A DNA stretch of 64,000 bases from Antedon mediterranea. Lineage: Eukaryota; Animalia; Echinodermata. The position numbers were made by a program, and so were the translations under genes. The DNA lies in assembly GCF_964355755.1 (NCBI RefSeq), contig NC_092676.1, forward strand, positions 28,414,871-28,478,870, read 5' to 3'. The notes under the pieces were generated by a model, which was not told the DNA's origin, made no database searches, and saw only the letters and a list, made by a program, of their open reading frames with translations. Position 1 is the first letter of the stretch, and each line of letters opens with the position of its first letter. This document shows, piece by piece, positions 42,922-60,283 of the stretch.

Positions 42922-45656
42922 TAAATGTATCTTTATTAAGCACATAATAATAATTGTTGTCATTTTCAAATCCATAAGAAATTACATAAAAGATAAACTG
43001 CTGTTGATTACTAATTATTAGTTTTTGGTAGTACAATATCTTGATGTCGTCATCTTGTCATATGATCTAGAACATGTACCTAAGTTAAGAACAATATAAA
43101 GTATGATTTACATATGTCATTGGGGGGGTGGGGGTTGTTATGTATCGGATCTTTTTTTATTTGGTTGTTGCATCATCTTGTTTGGTATGTGTATTAATTG
43201 TGTTGTATTTTGCAGTTCTTTTTTGCTAATGTAATGTATGTAATATTAATTGTTTTATCTGTTTTCATTGATAATTAAATAATTTTTGATTATGTTTTAG
43301 TAAATACTGCTTTTCACTATAGTTTTTTGATCACTTTTAATATTTTTTAATGTATAACATGACTTGTTTAAATTGTAATTATTAAATTTAACATTAGTAA
43401 CGGAGGCAATGGCACCACCAAGTTGTGAGGTAAAGAGACGGAGTAATAGTTTGTAAAATTAGATTTATGCAATGATTGGTTGACAAATATGACTGTTATG
43501 AATTACAGATCAAACTTTATGTGACAACAAAATGTGATGTGCCCATATATGGACATGATGATGTCATATCACTACTATATTTAGGCATATCACTACCATA
43601 TTTAGGCACATCACACTTCTTTTGTCAAACTAGTTTGATAGTGTAGAAAGAGCTTAACATTAAGTTTTCTTCAACCAATGAGATTATACATTGTGTATTT
43701 GTCACAATCGTGTGCTTAAAAATGATGACGTAGTAACACGCGCGTTCACATTTTCAGCTGGAAAATGTAGGTAATGTGGATGATTGAAAATGACGTAGAA
43801 TTGTACGGGGCGCCGTTCTTTACAATAGTACACTAAATGCCATAAACGGCTCCCCGTACCATGAAAGATATGACATGTTACAACTTTGCTAAAGATAGTA
43901 GTATCTTTATTGATTGCAAATAGTAAATATTTATAACCAAGTCGAAGGATAGTAGTGGGTATAATATTTTGTAAATAAAATTTTAGGTTTGCATGAGTAA
44001 GCAAATAATTATTTGTCTAGTTTATTATAAAGATGTAATAAATAAAGATGTACACTACCTTATGGAGGCTAGATTTGTCATTAACTGTAATGGAGGCTAG
44101 ATTTGTCATTAACTGTAATGGAGGCTAGATATGTTTTATATTACCGTATGAAAAACTCCGTGCACAATGAAACTTAAACACTTTAATCCTGGTACCAAAA
44201 TCCGGGATTTGACTATAATGATAATAAAATAGGCTTTTGGAATTATATACAGTTATTATCAATTTAGTTAATTGTTAATTCCTCCTTGCTGTATTCAGAC
44301 TGGAACCACAAGCGATCTGCAAAACGTAGTTTGGTAAGCGAGAAATACGTATTTTGACAATTGAACAATGTATTTCAAACGAGCAATGGACATATTTTTT
44401 TTACAAACGAAACGATATAAAAACAAGGAAAAGAGTGTCTCTTACAAATGTATTTTGGCCAACGATGAATAAACAACGTATTTGAAACGATCAAAAAACG
44501 TATTTTGACAAACAATCGCTCGGTTCCTTCACAACAACCAAACATTTATTTCCTGACTTATTTTCACTTTATTTTGAATTATAAGTAATTTATATCATTA
44601 ATTTACTATATGAGTTGTGATAACTTAACCATGTAAACCTCTTGGAAATTAGGAAGCCTGTTTCCGTTTCCTCACCCCCCCCCCCCCTCCCCGACTGTGG
44701 GGTCCACTGCTTCCGTTTAAGCCCTCGTTTTTTTTAGCTTAGTCTGACGTAAGTCAACACACAATTTTTTCTCTTATACATATTAAATAGGCTATTTACC
44801 ATGGATAATAAAACATGTAAAAAACATGTTTTTCAAAGCCTGCCTGCACAATTACAGATCTTTCCAATGATAAGATGTACGTACCTAATAAAAATAAACC
44901 CGGGTTCCACTCACAAGTCACTTGTGTGCTTTGGAACTATATCTTGTTGTAGTAAAGTCCGATTGTTAATCAGTCATCGGAGTTAGAGAGACGTGGTGGG
45001 TTGTTGCTGATTTAGATCTGATTAACTGTTTGAAGTGATAGAACTATATATTTTGTAGGTAAGTTTAGAACTCAGGCAACGGTTAATCAAATAAAATATC
45101 TCTATCTAAGTAAGTTTTTGCATGGCGCCCTAAAAAGAGCATAAGGCTTAACACACCCTGGATGATCGAGTGTAACATATTCCAGGAAATAATTTGAATT
45201 AGAAGTAGGCCTATTATAATAAAAGACATAGAACATTCCGTTCCGTATTAGGCCTATACTAGGCCTATAGACTATAACTTTCTATTGTTTCGTAGACATA
45301 GGATACCGTACACTTAATTATCACCAAAAAATGCCTAAAGTAATAGCTATAGTAATGTTGTTGTTCACAGCACAGTGAAATATTATGATCCGGGAAACTC
45401 CCATGATTAGATCATAATGTACGGTGTGATACCGTAGCACTACCATAGAACAAGGTTCCTACTGTACCATAGGCACCATAGGCCCTATTTCAAATAAAAC
45501 GAAATAGAACATTTTTTTGTCCTTATTGATATTAATGTGCAAGTTGTGATATTGATGGACGTGTTACTTTTATCTTAAATTTTTAGTAACGATCAATATT
45601 TGATTGCAGTCGTCTGCAGTGGTGATCCTTTCAACTGGTTCCTATTGTGGTGAAAC

Positions 45657-48227
<2,571 letters not shown>

Positions 48228-51200
48228 TTATAAACTTTCGATATTTAAAATTGAAACAACACATTGTTTAAATAGTTTTACAGTAAAAACAACGTATTGT
48301 ATTATTTTGCTTTTCGACGATTGTTTTGTGTGCTTAACCATAATGTATGGGGCGCCCTCATTTAGGATCAAAAGTTTTTTAAGATTCCCATTGACAAAAT
48401 AGAATAAAAAGTGTTAGCACTAATATAAAACCTTAGCCAATCAGACTGTAGAAAAGTAGTTATGAATTAAAAAATAAGTAAGCCAATCAAAGGAACACCT
48501 CATGGTACCCTAAAATGTCACGTGATGTGTATAGGCTTGTAAAATCCCTTACACCGTGTTGTTATAAGTGTGTAAAGTCGGACTGAGCAGACGTCACATT
48601 TTCAAGAGTGCGTAATTTTCAAAAGGATTTTTTTTTTAAACATTTAATATTATTATTCATTTCTCCTTTTAATAATGTTTCTTATTATGTTATTTTGTAT
48701 TGTTTGTAAATTTCTTTATAAACTTAAATATTATTTATAATTATATGTAAATGATTAACTGAATAAACTTTTAATTAATCTTAGGCCTATTTGTCTTATT
48801 GTTATTTCTGTCATTCATATTTTCACCAATTGAATTTCAATAATATGGTTTATGTTTTTCATTGATTGTTTATAACAATATTTAAAACATTTAGGCATAT
48901 TGTCAAAGTCCACCATAACGAGGCAAGAAATTCACATTACAATAATTTCTGATATTATTTTGGGTTTTATAAATAATACTAATTATCATTTCAATCAATA
49001 AATGTGTCAGTCAGTCTGAGTACGAGAGGTCGATCTCATAATGATCACCAATCGATTGATACAACATCGATAATTGGTTTATGTTCTTAGTTACATCATG
49101 ATACACGTGACAAGTTCGTTTTGCATGCTTCGGCGTTAAACATTCAATAATATTTGCTAGTAATGCGTCGCTGTTCCATACCAATAAAACACATTCATCG
49201 CTTAATGAGTCTGTACTTTATCACATAATTAATATGCTCACTGACTGACGTAGTGATTATATAATGATGTATTAATGTACTAATGTGTATATCTTGCTTG
49301 CTCTGGCATTCAATCATAGAAAGAAAGAAAAGAAAGAGATTTGTATAAAATCATGGACCTATAAATTTCATGATAAAACAATGGACTTAATTAATAAGTC
49401 CATGATAAAACTGATGACCACACCCATGTACACACAAACTCATACAATGCCCAGACTGAACAGCATAACAACACACAATAATTTACATGTATAACTCCTT
49501 TGTAAAATCCTGGAACATTGAATTCTTAAACTGTTTTGCCATACACATACATGAGGAAAACTGTAAAGTACCTTCCAAACTATACCCTTTTAATTTAAAT
49601 ATATTCGTTAAACGGGTATATAATAAACTGGCACGAAACTTTATATCGACACAAATGAACTACATCCATATACGTCATAAAAACAACTACTTACACCCTC
49701 TCCCCTTCCCCCCAACCTTGTTTGCGCGTACATAAACTGGAACGCGTTCGGCTAAAATTGACACAGAAGTATTCATGAATCACAACTTTAACTGTGAAGT
49801 TTATACAAAGGTTGTTGGCATCAGATAGTACAATTATGATTGGATGACATCAGCTAACTTCCCGAGTCTTCTTCCCTTTCCTGCGCTTTATTTTCATTTA
49901 GGCTCACAGAGTCCTTGATTCTACTCTAAGTAAAATATGTAGAGACGCACTTGTAGTAGACTTACCGCTATACTGTCCAATCACAACAGCGTGACTTTCT
50001 CGAGTGAAAGTCGAGGAACACACATTATTGACATTTTCTTTTATCTTTATTATTATGATGGTTTTCCCAGTTTAGTTTATTTGAGTGGTAGGCCTATAAC
50101 CAAATTACATTTTTATACGAGCAATGGCTTTTCTAAATAAATAACAAAAATTGAATTTGATCGCGCGGATCGCACACTACAAATACGCAATGCGCGAGAA
50201 GAAAAAAGTCTGAAGAAATCTACTGATTAATAATTAAACTTAGTTATGAAATAAATAAATAAATAAATAAATAGTGAGTTCAATGTTTTGTAGTATTAAT
50301 ATTTTCATTTGACCTGGAAGCAATTGAAGTAAATTGTAGGCCTAATCCATTCCTTGTCTTTCCGATAAAAGCGAAAGTTATGAAAAAAAAAATATTTATG
50401 AAGTAATTCTTAAAAGTGACGCGTATACTCCGCATTCACACACAACAGGAGGAGAGGACAGTGTACAACTACCATCTAAATATTATTATTATTACTTAAC
50501 GCTCTGTCTACGCTATCAAACTTTATGGGCACATCACGTCATTTTTTGTCACATAAAGTTTGATAGTGTAGACAGAGCTTAATATCATTTTCTCATGGAA
50601 ATCATAGTGTCTGTGGTGGAGGCTAATGAAACATTTAACTTCGTGGATAAATAATATATAGGCCTATATTGAAGATGAAATGAAATAGGCCTGGTAGTAG
50701 TCGAATATAAACAAAGGCCTCGCTAATTAAAGTTAATTAACTAATTAAAAAACAATTTTTAATCTATATTTTTAAACGTTTTCCATTAGTTTCAGTTGTA
50801 AATTGTGATTTTTAGACAGTATAAGGATAGAAATTGGCATATTTTACGGTAATTTTAGGCCCTATATTCTGCGCCTATGTCAATTTTTGGATGGGGCATT
50901 AGGCTTAATGACATATACCCATGAGTACACAAACCTTTTTCTTTACAATCTCAATTATCTTGTACTTATGATTTCATTACCATATTTAAAAACAAAAATA
51001 TTGATACAAAAATACATTTTTCGTATTCAGAAAGAATGTTATTATTTTGGCTATTAATATTATAAATAGCATTGAAATAAAATGCACATACTTTTTAGTG
51101 CATGTCTTCGGGTAAGAAGCGTTGCATTAGGATGTGGAGAGAGGAAAATGCTATAAACCCAATTACTGAATTAAAATCAATTACACCATGAGTGATGAAC

Positions 51201-51829
51201 TACGTTTTTATTTGGCCCACGTTCACTATCAGCTCGGCCATTATCTAAATCATTTAGAATAAGCAGGCTTACTATTTTTTAAGGGTAATCCTTCCGCAAT
51301 CGTTTTCACATTATCCAAAAAACTGTTTAAACACTATAAAAGAACAATTCGACTAACTTATAAATAATATTATATGAATCCGCCGAGAGTGATTTTGAAT
51401 CTACTTCATTTTCAGAATACACTAAAACCTATAATGAGTATCTCAATCACATGCTAACGCGGCATAGCCTACTGTGTCTCATAAAATAATTACTGAAGTC
51501 CAAAGTTGTGTTTCTGTTTGCTTCATTGTTTATAAATAGGTCTTTTATTTTTAGACGATTTCGGAATTCCATGGCCTAAGGGATATAGCGAGTATCGAAC
51601 TTTGAGTACAACTTACTACTACAGTACTATATTATACGGCGAGTGGCCACTCTCCCTTCCTAAGCATTCACCCCTGTAATCATTTACATTCATTTGTAAT
51701 AGTTATAAAGCGGCGTTACATAGGCCTATACACACAGACTCCCACAGTCTTCAAAAGAAGCCGCTATTATTTACGAAATTTGTTTACTTATTTACTGGTG
51801 TCAACGATAATTAACCTTCCTGTAATTGA

Positions 51830-51985
51830 CCAATCAAGGATGGTATTACACCTCACGTGACCTCTGAGTGACCTTGCTTAGCATTTCTCTATCTAAAATG
51901 GCGGACCAGCTGCATTGTCTGAATTGAATTTTTAACGTAGGAAATGCAATTGAATCACACCAAAAGATGTATTTTGTAGGTACGT
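51830..51985 (+). promoter_or_regulatory. Probable promoter and non-coding first exon of an unidentified gene extending beyond the window
   Basis: CCAAT at 51830, TCACGTGAC at 51853, YY1-type AAAATGGCGG at ~51895, donor TAG|GTACGT at 51979. Candidate second exon 56245-56314 (ttttag|...|gtaagt). Confidence 0.45.
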
Positions 51986-54900
51986 ATTATACTAGTAATA
52001 TTTATGTAATTATTACTTAAATATTTCTTGTCCTGATAATGGAATGCCATAACGATACGCTATAAAATTGGTAGAAGATTTTGTCTCGAGTTTTCACAGT
52101 ATTGAAAGTATTGTTTACTGTGTGTGTGTGCGCGATGGCATGTTTGACCGAGGCTCAGCTAGCTCTAGGCTCAGTACACATTGGTAGGCTTTTATCATTT
52201 TCATAATATCGTTTTGTTTCAAAGATTTTTAATCAATCGAAAGATCAAGTATTAAAAAGGCAAAGTAGTCAATGCTCACAATGAATAGATTATTGGTGTT
52301 TAACCACGTATAAAATGTTAAAACATCGAACGAAATTGGTGGGTTTTGGAAATTTGGCAGGTAGCGATTGATGACGAAAACATACGCGACACTGTCCCGC
52401 CGTTTGACTTGGCTGATCGCGCCAGCTAAGGGCCTACAGAATTTGCATTTTATTTTATTCCATGTTGATCTGGTTTGCATAAGATAAATCATATTAATGG
52501 GATCATATATTATTACTCTTTTTGTCATTTATTTATTTGTATTCTGTAATGATGATAAAAATAAGATGTGTCACAGAATTGAATGAATGAAGGTGGAAAA
52601 TGTGTTACTTCAATATGGAGAGTGATACAAGAAGATATTGTGTAGGTAGGGTTATCCCTATGCAGGGGTATAGGCCTAATCTTGTGCAGAGGTCACCCCC
52701 ATGCAGGAGTATTTTCAGGTGGGAATATAAAACTAACTACACTACTGTAGCTCTCAGTTGACAGCTTGTCAAAAACTATGGAAACGTTGTCTACTTGGCC
52801 TATTATAATGTTGCATTGTATTTTGTAGTGAGTTTTTTATTTGACAACGGCAGTAAAGAGATGACCAAAATGTTAATCAGCCCAAGTCTACTATAATAGT
52901 ATTATTTGTTATCCTCTTGTATTTTTTAATTGATGCATTGCCTGTTGTGGAAGGTATCATTGCTACAAAATAGCAAAGAATTGACTTCAGTAGTAGTAGC
53001 AGCAACAGTACAGTAGTTATATAATTAATAATTCAGTGGAGTAAGTAGTGGAAGTACTTATCAGACAATAGGATACAGGATGTGGGACCTTGGGTGCTTG
53101 CCCATTCATAGATTCTGGATAAGAGACTGAATCTTTGGTATTCCAGTATCCATGCAATGCCACCAAAGACTACAATTTAATTGTATACTATAATATAAAT
53201 CAAATTTTAATTGAATCTAGATACTAAATACTTCTGATAATTAAGGGAAATTATAAATACTATTGTTGTCACAGTATAAACTTCAGACATGTGTATTGTT
53301 CATTGACCTTTAACCTTAATTTTGAATAATTACAATGTGAACATGAATTTTCTTTTGGACACATAATATACAGTATAAACTACTTGTATGCACAGTAGTC
53401 TTCTTCCAATTACAGACCATGTTTGTTTGATATACTGTACAGGTACTGTAAAGTTACTGTAACCGATTGTTAATCCTTTGGTCTTAAAAGTTGAGAGTAA
53501 AGCTTATTTATTCATGACATTTTTCAATCACAATCAATTAGGCCTACTGTCATTTAACAATTAAACACAATTATTTTTTCCCAGAAATAAAACTAAAAAA
53601 TAGAACCAAACAAGGAAATTAATTGTAAAGTAATTAATGTGAAAAAAATAGTTTCATTAATATAACGTAGAGAGTATTGCTGAGTGACAACTGACACAGT
53701 AACAGTATATTCACTGTAGAATGTATGATTGAGTGGCACTACTTGTAACTAGGCTATTTAAAAGTTGCCCTAGTTAACGGCATAGTTTAAAACTTTGCTA
53801 GTAGTAGCAGTTATAAGTTTGTACAGTACAGTACAATATTATGTCATTCTAACAATAACATAAACTAAAGACAATTAGAGAAAGCTTATCGAACAAGATG
53901 GTGGTGACAGGTCTAGAATTTGGAAAAATGACCCAAATTTTAAGAATATGCTGTAGGCACCAAAGAACTGGAACATCCTCGAATCTAGTCACGAAAACTG
54001 ATCAGAATTAGATGCGTAAAAGTAGCATGGTTTGCATACAATTGTCATAAAATCTTTTATCTAAAAGGTCACTGCAAATTTTATGTAGCAACTCCAACCT
54101 CCGAAATCAAATGAATCCAAATGGACAGCCATTAAAAACTGAGGACTGATTAGTTACCAAGTTTTTCTGGGTCGTCCTGGGAACTTAAAATTTCATAAAC
54201 ACACCTTAATAATACTGTAAAACCGGAAAAATGGCAACATGGAATGTGACCAGTAAAAAATAGAAAATAATGTTGATACAGTCTGTATATACTATGGTAT
54301 AGTAAAAGACTGAGTGAAATCTTAGTTAATAAGAATAGAGAGATGGCAACATTAGTGACCACTGAAAATGGCAACTGAGGATGATAACTTTGTACAGTAC
54401 TGTAGAAGACTGACAAAATTGTATACTGTGAGAATAGGGAATACAACATGAAGTGAGTGACCAGTAGAAAATTGGTGAGTATGGAAGCTACAGTACAGTA
54501 GAAGGCTGAGGGTAGCGTTACATTAAAAGTCTATCCATACAGTATTCTTCAGGCTATTTACAGTGTGTAACACTAACAACTACTGTATGTGAGTGAGCTT
54601 GTTCACCATACTCACCCAATACAAACCTTATCACAATACACTTTTAGAATTCTTCATTGTTACTTGATTTCCAGGAATTAAGTTGTCCTGTGTAACGTCT
54701 TAATTAATCAACAAGATCTGGTTGGATGAATTTGTTAATTGACTGAGATATTAAATCAATTTAATTCATCTTAAAATTGATGCAATTGATGCTAATTACT
54801 TAATTAAGTTGTTTTATGAATTGTTCACCACTCTTGGCATACTGCCATTTGATGTATAGTAGTATAGTAATAGTATAGTAGTGAAACTACAGATTTTCAT

Positions 54901-55686
54901 GTTTTATATAGTACAGTATAACTGCACTGGGTTGCTTCTAAGATATGGATACTGTAATTCAATCCAGGTACCTGATTAATATACTGTAAGTGCAAAATAT
55001 AGGCCAACCCCCCTAATGTATCTTTTACAGGTAGAGTACTGATAATCATATTATACTTCCCTGTACAGTATGCTAGAAATGCAATTTTAGGTAGGATGAA
55101 TTGATGTTTTTTTTTAAAGCCCCATTATTGTAGATATTACACTACTACTGTTTAATTTTAAGTTTCTATTACAGTAACTTATATTTGATTTTATACAAAT
55201 ATTATAATGCAATGAGCTTACTTTATTCCAATGTAATGTTATAATATTATACAATAGTTTTCGTATTATAATAAATATGTGTTAATACTGGATTACTGTA
55301 TTTAAATAATTTTCTTATATCATATGTTGTGATATTAAGCATATTCATATTATTATCCATTCCCTTGGATGAATTCAAAAACCATAGAATTGAATAGACC
55401 AGAAGAAGCAGCTGTTGAAATACAAAAAAAATTGTATTGATCAATATTTATATCAAGCTTTGCATTTATTTATAGTATTGTACACAAAACACTGAATACC
55501 TACATTCATGTATGATATCTATTAAAACAGCAGGCCCTGCTATAACTTGTGATTAGGCAAGTTACACAACACTAATAATACCGAAATTCATTTGTTAATG
55601 ATACTGTTGTGTTATCAGGCAAGTTACACAAAGTATGACTCCAAATCATTGAACAACACCTACATTAATTGAAATGAATTTAGTTT

Positions 55687-56142
55687 GGTCCTGTTTCTGC
55701 TGCATACAAATAACTGGTTAATAAACCATGTGAATAAATTAACCCCAACTTCTTGGGAGCAGAAACAGCATAAATTTTGAAGAACTTGCAGTTAAATGTC
55801 GGCCTAAAAATAACAGATTAAAAACCCCAATCGATTCAGTGTTAGACACCATGGTGTCTAACACCGAATCGATTGGGTGTTTAACCGGTTATTGCTGTGC
55901 AACTTTTACCTGCAACGCAAAATAACGGTTTTTTTATTGGCAGCCGCTGACCTTGTGTCATCTAAACTGCAGTAGCGTTTGAATTGACCGCCAGTGCCAT
56001 TGTATTTTGGGTACTGCTAACGATTTCGTCGATGACCACCCACTGATTTAAAACGGTTATTCAGGAGCAAAAATTAATGCAGTCAATATAAAAATTATAT
56101 TTTATTTTGAAATAAACGGTGCTATGCAGCAGAAACAGACCC
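55687..56142. mobile_element. MITE-like element with a central palindrome
   Basis: Ends ggtcctgtttctgctgcata / tatgcagcagaaacagacc; internal palindrome at 55826-55877. Confidence 0.7.
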
Positions 56143-57543
56143 TTTGGAACAGGCCTGCATCATAACTAGTGTAACTGTATCTAAAGGACCACTGTCTGTC
56201 TCTCTGTGTTCCTCTGTTAAATGATCTTCATTTTAATTTTTTAGATGCAGGTTTGATCAGTATTATCTTTCCTCTCCTGGATACCTTGATCTGTTAACAT
56301 TCTAAACTCCTAATGTAAGTACACTAGTCCTTTTAATTAATTTGAAAATAATAGAATGATAACAAAATCAATGCCACTTATTGTAATGTTCTTTACTCTC
56401 ATTGCTTCGTCCTTCGGATGGGATGTTGTCCTATGTACTGAACACACTAATTGTATTTGGTGGTAGGGAGTTTGTTGTGGTTTAGTAAAAGAGCACGGTA
56501 GCACATGGACTCCGCCTCTCTAATTATGTAGAACATATTATTAATTTGTCTAAACTTTTTTTTTTTTTTAAACATTTCTTATTTCCATGCACCTTTGTTA
56601 CAGAAAAATAATATAGATTTGTCCTACTAATACCCTGTATATATCATTTAATATTTGTAATATTATTTAAAGTATTGACAATGAGTACAGTACTGTAATT
56701 GGATTCACAAAATGCGCTTAATGTATTGGCGCATAATAATTACTATAAAATATTACTAATTTGTCAAAATCTATTCCGAACAATCGTTCTCAACTAACAA
56801 CAGCTTAATTTGTAGTTACAACAAGTCTTATATTTAGTGGAGATCAATTATCTGTTTACACACCCAATCAAATTAAACATAACAACAAAAGATAATATTT
56901 GCAGAAGAAAAATAATTATTTGAATTCATTAGCCATTTGGGAGTGATCATTGAATGAAACATCATCAAAAGAGAAAGATATCCTCTCCGTCGCACCACCA
57001 CGTTAATTAATGCGTATCTGCTATTCCGTAGGGAATCGGTCTGTATCCCAGTAATACTCATTGAATTCGTTCGTTGTTCCGAGGACACGCTACTTATTTC
57101 AAACCTTGCGTACTCAAAGAAACGTGCGTTAGTAGATTGGTTTTAGAATTATAAATGCTCGTTGTCGTCGTCGATTTAAATCATTTTAGTGCGCTGTGTA
57201 TTAATATTACTACCTAATTATTAATAAATGAAACATTCAATAGTCTTTATTATTTGCATATTTCAAAAGAAACGTGCATTATTAAATTGGTTTTAGAATA
57301 ATGAACAGTACTGTATGTTTCAACAAATCTTTTCACGGAAAATAATATTACTGTATGATAAAACAGTAAAGAATTTTATCATAATTGTTAAAGTTTAATG
57401 ATCAAGAATTTATTTAATTTAGAAAATAATGTAGTTTATAAATGATTTTTGTACTTTTGGTGTTTATTATTATTATTAAATAAATAAAACAACTGATCAA
57501 TGAAACAATGAATGAACAATAGAATACAAAAGTCATTTACATA

Positions 57544-58019
57544 TACAGTGAAAACCAGAAACTCTCCCAATACCGGACTCTCTGAAAACCAGAACCTCTC
57601 CCAATACCGGACTCTCTGAAAACCAGAAACTCTCCCAATACCAGACTCTCTGAAAACCAGAAACTCTCCCAATACCGGACTCTCTGAAAACCAGAAACTC
57701 TCCCAATACCGGACTCTCTGAAAACCAGAAACTCTCCCAATACCGGACTCTCTGAAAACCAGAAACTCTCCCAATACCGGACTCTCTGAAAACCAGAAAC
57801 TCTCCCAATACCGGACTCTCTGAAAACCAGAAACTCTCCCAATACCGGACTCTCTGAAAACCAGAAACTCTCCCAATACCAGACTTTTTTTGAGGACCAA
57901 AAGGTCCCAAATTTATACTGTATTTACCATTAAAAACACATTCCGAATACCAGACTTTCCGGAAAACCAGACTTATTTTGCCGGCCCAAAGGTGTCCGGT
58001 ATTGGGAGAGTTGGCTGTA
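57544..58019. mobile_element. Tc1/mariner-type MITE whose left terminus expanded into a 31-bp minisatellite (~11 copies)
   Basis: TA-CAG...CTG-TA ends; unit tgaaaaccagaaactctcccaataccggactc; right end gtccggtattgggagagt is the reverse complement of the unit core. Confidence 0.8.
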
Positions 58020-60078
58020 GTACTGTTGTGTTAGTACAGTATGTGGTAGTATAAAAAAAAAAAGATTTTCATGTTATTTATTATTAGATTATTACATAAT
58101 ATATGAGGTACAATACAGTAGTTTCTTTTTTTAAATCATCTTGATCATCAAAGGCTGTCTTTTGTAATCATTCGTCCTATTTTTTCATTTGTTGAACATT
58201 ATTATTATTTATATTTTTATTTGTGATATGATATTTTATCAATACATTTATACAGGTATTTCTAATTTTTTCCCAAATATAATTTCAAAAAATGATTCTA
58301 TTTTTATTTGTGTAAGTAGAAGAGTGACATGTATTATTATAACATTGTAATTTCTATTTGACTATTCACAGTAGACATGCTATAAAAACTGAAAACTTAA
58401 ATTATGTTAAATATGTTTAGTTGCGATACTTAGAATAGACATTTCCAATACAGATTCAGAATCGCTGTTTTACCGAATCTATAATGCATATCTGATCTTT
58501 ATTTGTGTAGAAGTGACTCATCTAATATAAGAATATTATGGTAAGATAGGTCACTTTAATCTAGTTTTTTAAATGCATTTTATGCATGGATTTTGCTGTA
58601 GTTCAAATTCTGTGTTGGTTCTCAGTGGCTTAACAATTTAAGTATAAGCTTCCATAAATAATTAAATTATTTCATTAATTACTGAAAATTACATTTTTAT
58701 TTTTAATTAGAAAAAAGTAATCAAAAAATGAATGTTAAATAAATTAATTTTATACTATTTATTTAAAATGTTTTTGGAAGACAATACTAATATATTAAGT
58801 TGCTAAGGATTAATCTATACATTTCTTACTAAATTACATATCAATACTAAAGTAACTATCCCAATGAAATAATATATTTTTTCAGAGTTTTAATTGCTAC
58901 TTAATTATGTAGTTGCTGCTTAGTTTTTAAATCCTAGTTTTGAAATATTTTAAATTTAATTTGTTTTTGTGTGTAAATAGCTAAGCTTGTACAGCTAGCT
59001 AATATAATTAATTACTATTAAGTTCTGTCTACATTATCAAACTAGTTTGATGTGGCCAAATATGGTAATGATACATACAGTATGCCCAAATATGGTAGTG
59101 ATATGCCCAAATATGGTAGTGATATGCCCAAATATGGTAGTGATATGACATCATGTCCATATATGGGGACATCAAGTTCTATGATACATAGATGTGTTGT
59201 ACATTTCCTGGTTTGAAGTGATTTACAGTAGTCATCTTCTATAAAGTCTTCCAGTTGCATAATTTAATTTTAACTCAATAATCAGGTTGTCTCTCTTTTC
59301 TTCCTTCCTACTTAACATTTACAGTTTGAATTCTTAAGTTCAGAAAAGCTGAATGCTTGCTACACAAAAGCTATGTCTACACTATCAAACTAGTTTGACA
59401 AAAAGTGTGCCCAAATATGGTAGTGATATGCCCAAACATGGTAGTGATATGACATCATTGTGTCCATTTATGGGCACATCGCATCAAACAAGTTAGATAG
59501 CTTTAAACAGTACAGTATAAAGAAATTTCTTTCAATATTAAGGGGTTTTTCCCTTTTTCTTCAAATATGGAAAAGCAGTAAAAATATTATAGGAAAAGGA
59601 AATCAATTAAAAAAGTTATTAATGAATGAATAAGATAATGAACAGAAGTACCGTAAGAATGTGTTGAGGTTAAAAAAACCACAAGCTTAGTAGTCTAGTG
59701 TTGCGAATGCCAAGCTACTGGAGGTTCAAATCTTTTCCGAAACATATTTTTTTGTGTAATTTAGTGAGTATATACAAAGATGTGTAGGATTAGTTTACAA
59801 ACCATTTGTTCTACACTTTGTTCTTGTTATTTCACAAATATAGAATTAAAAAGAAAGTCAACAAATTTAATTTGTAAGATTTGAATCAGCGAGTCGGAAA
59901 CATAAAAAGTCAGAAACTGTGTTGCATACAGTAGTCTTTGATTCACCTAGCTATACGTATCAAGGGGAAATATGGGGCTTCCTATGCCTGTAAGGGTATG
60001 GGTTATTAAAGTATGCTGTTCATAAAAGTGTACTGTAAAACTCTATCTACACTACTATCTAAAATGTGTGCCAATATA

Positions 60079-60283
60079 TTATTATTATTATAATTATTTA
60101 TTGCCAAAAACCAGTTACAAACATACAAAAACACAGAAACTAAGGGAGTAGGCAGGAACCTAAAAGTGAACCTAATCACTATAACAAGAGTTCATGTTCC
60201 GTACTCCCAAAGTAACAACAATGATATAATTATAATAAACTATATAAAAATATTTAAATAACAAATAGACGAATCAACAGCGT
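60079..60283 (-). mobile_element. Short retroposon 3' fragment inserted in a MITE
   Basis: (TAA)n tail and AATAAA on the minus strand; candidate TSD CAATATA (60072-60078 / 60284-60290); MITE sequence resumes on both sides. Confidence 0.55.

Noticed and set aside
49960-50040. Minus-strand first exon (G|GTAAGT at ~49965) with a small hairpin
   Set aside because: No downstream exons were identified; a single donor-like word is insufficient evidence.
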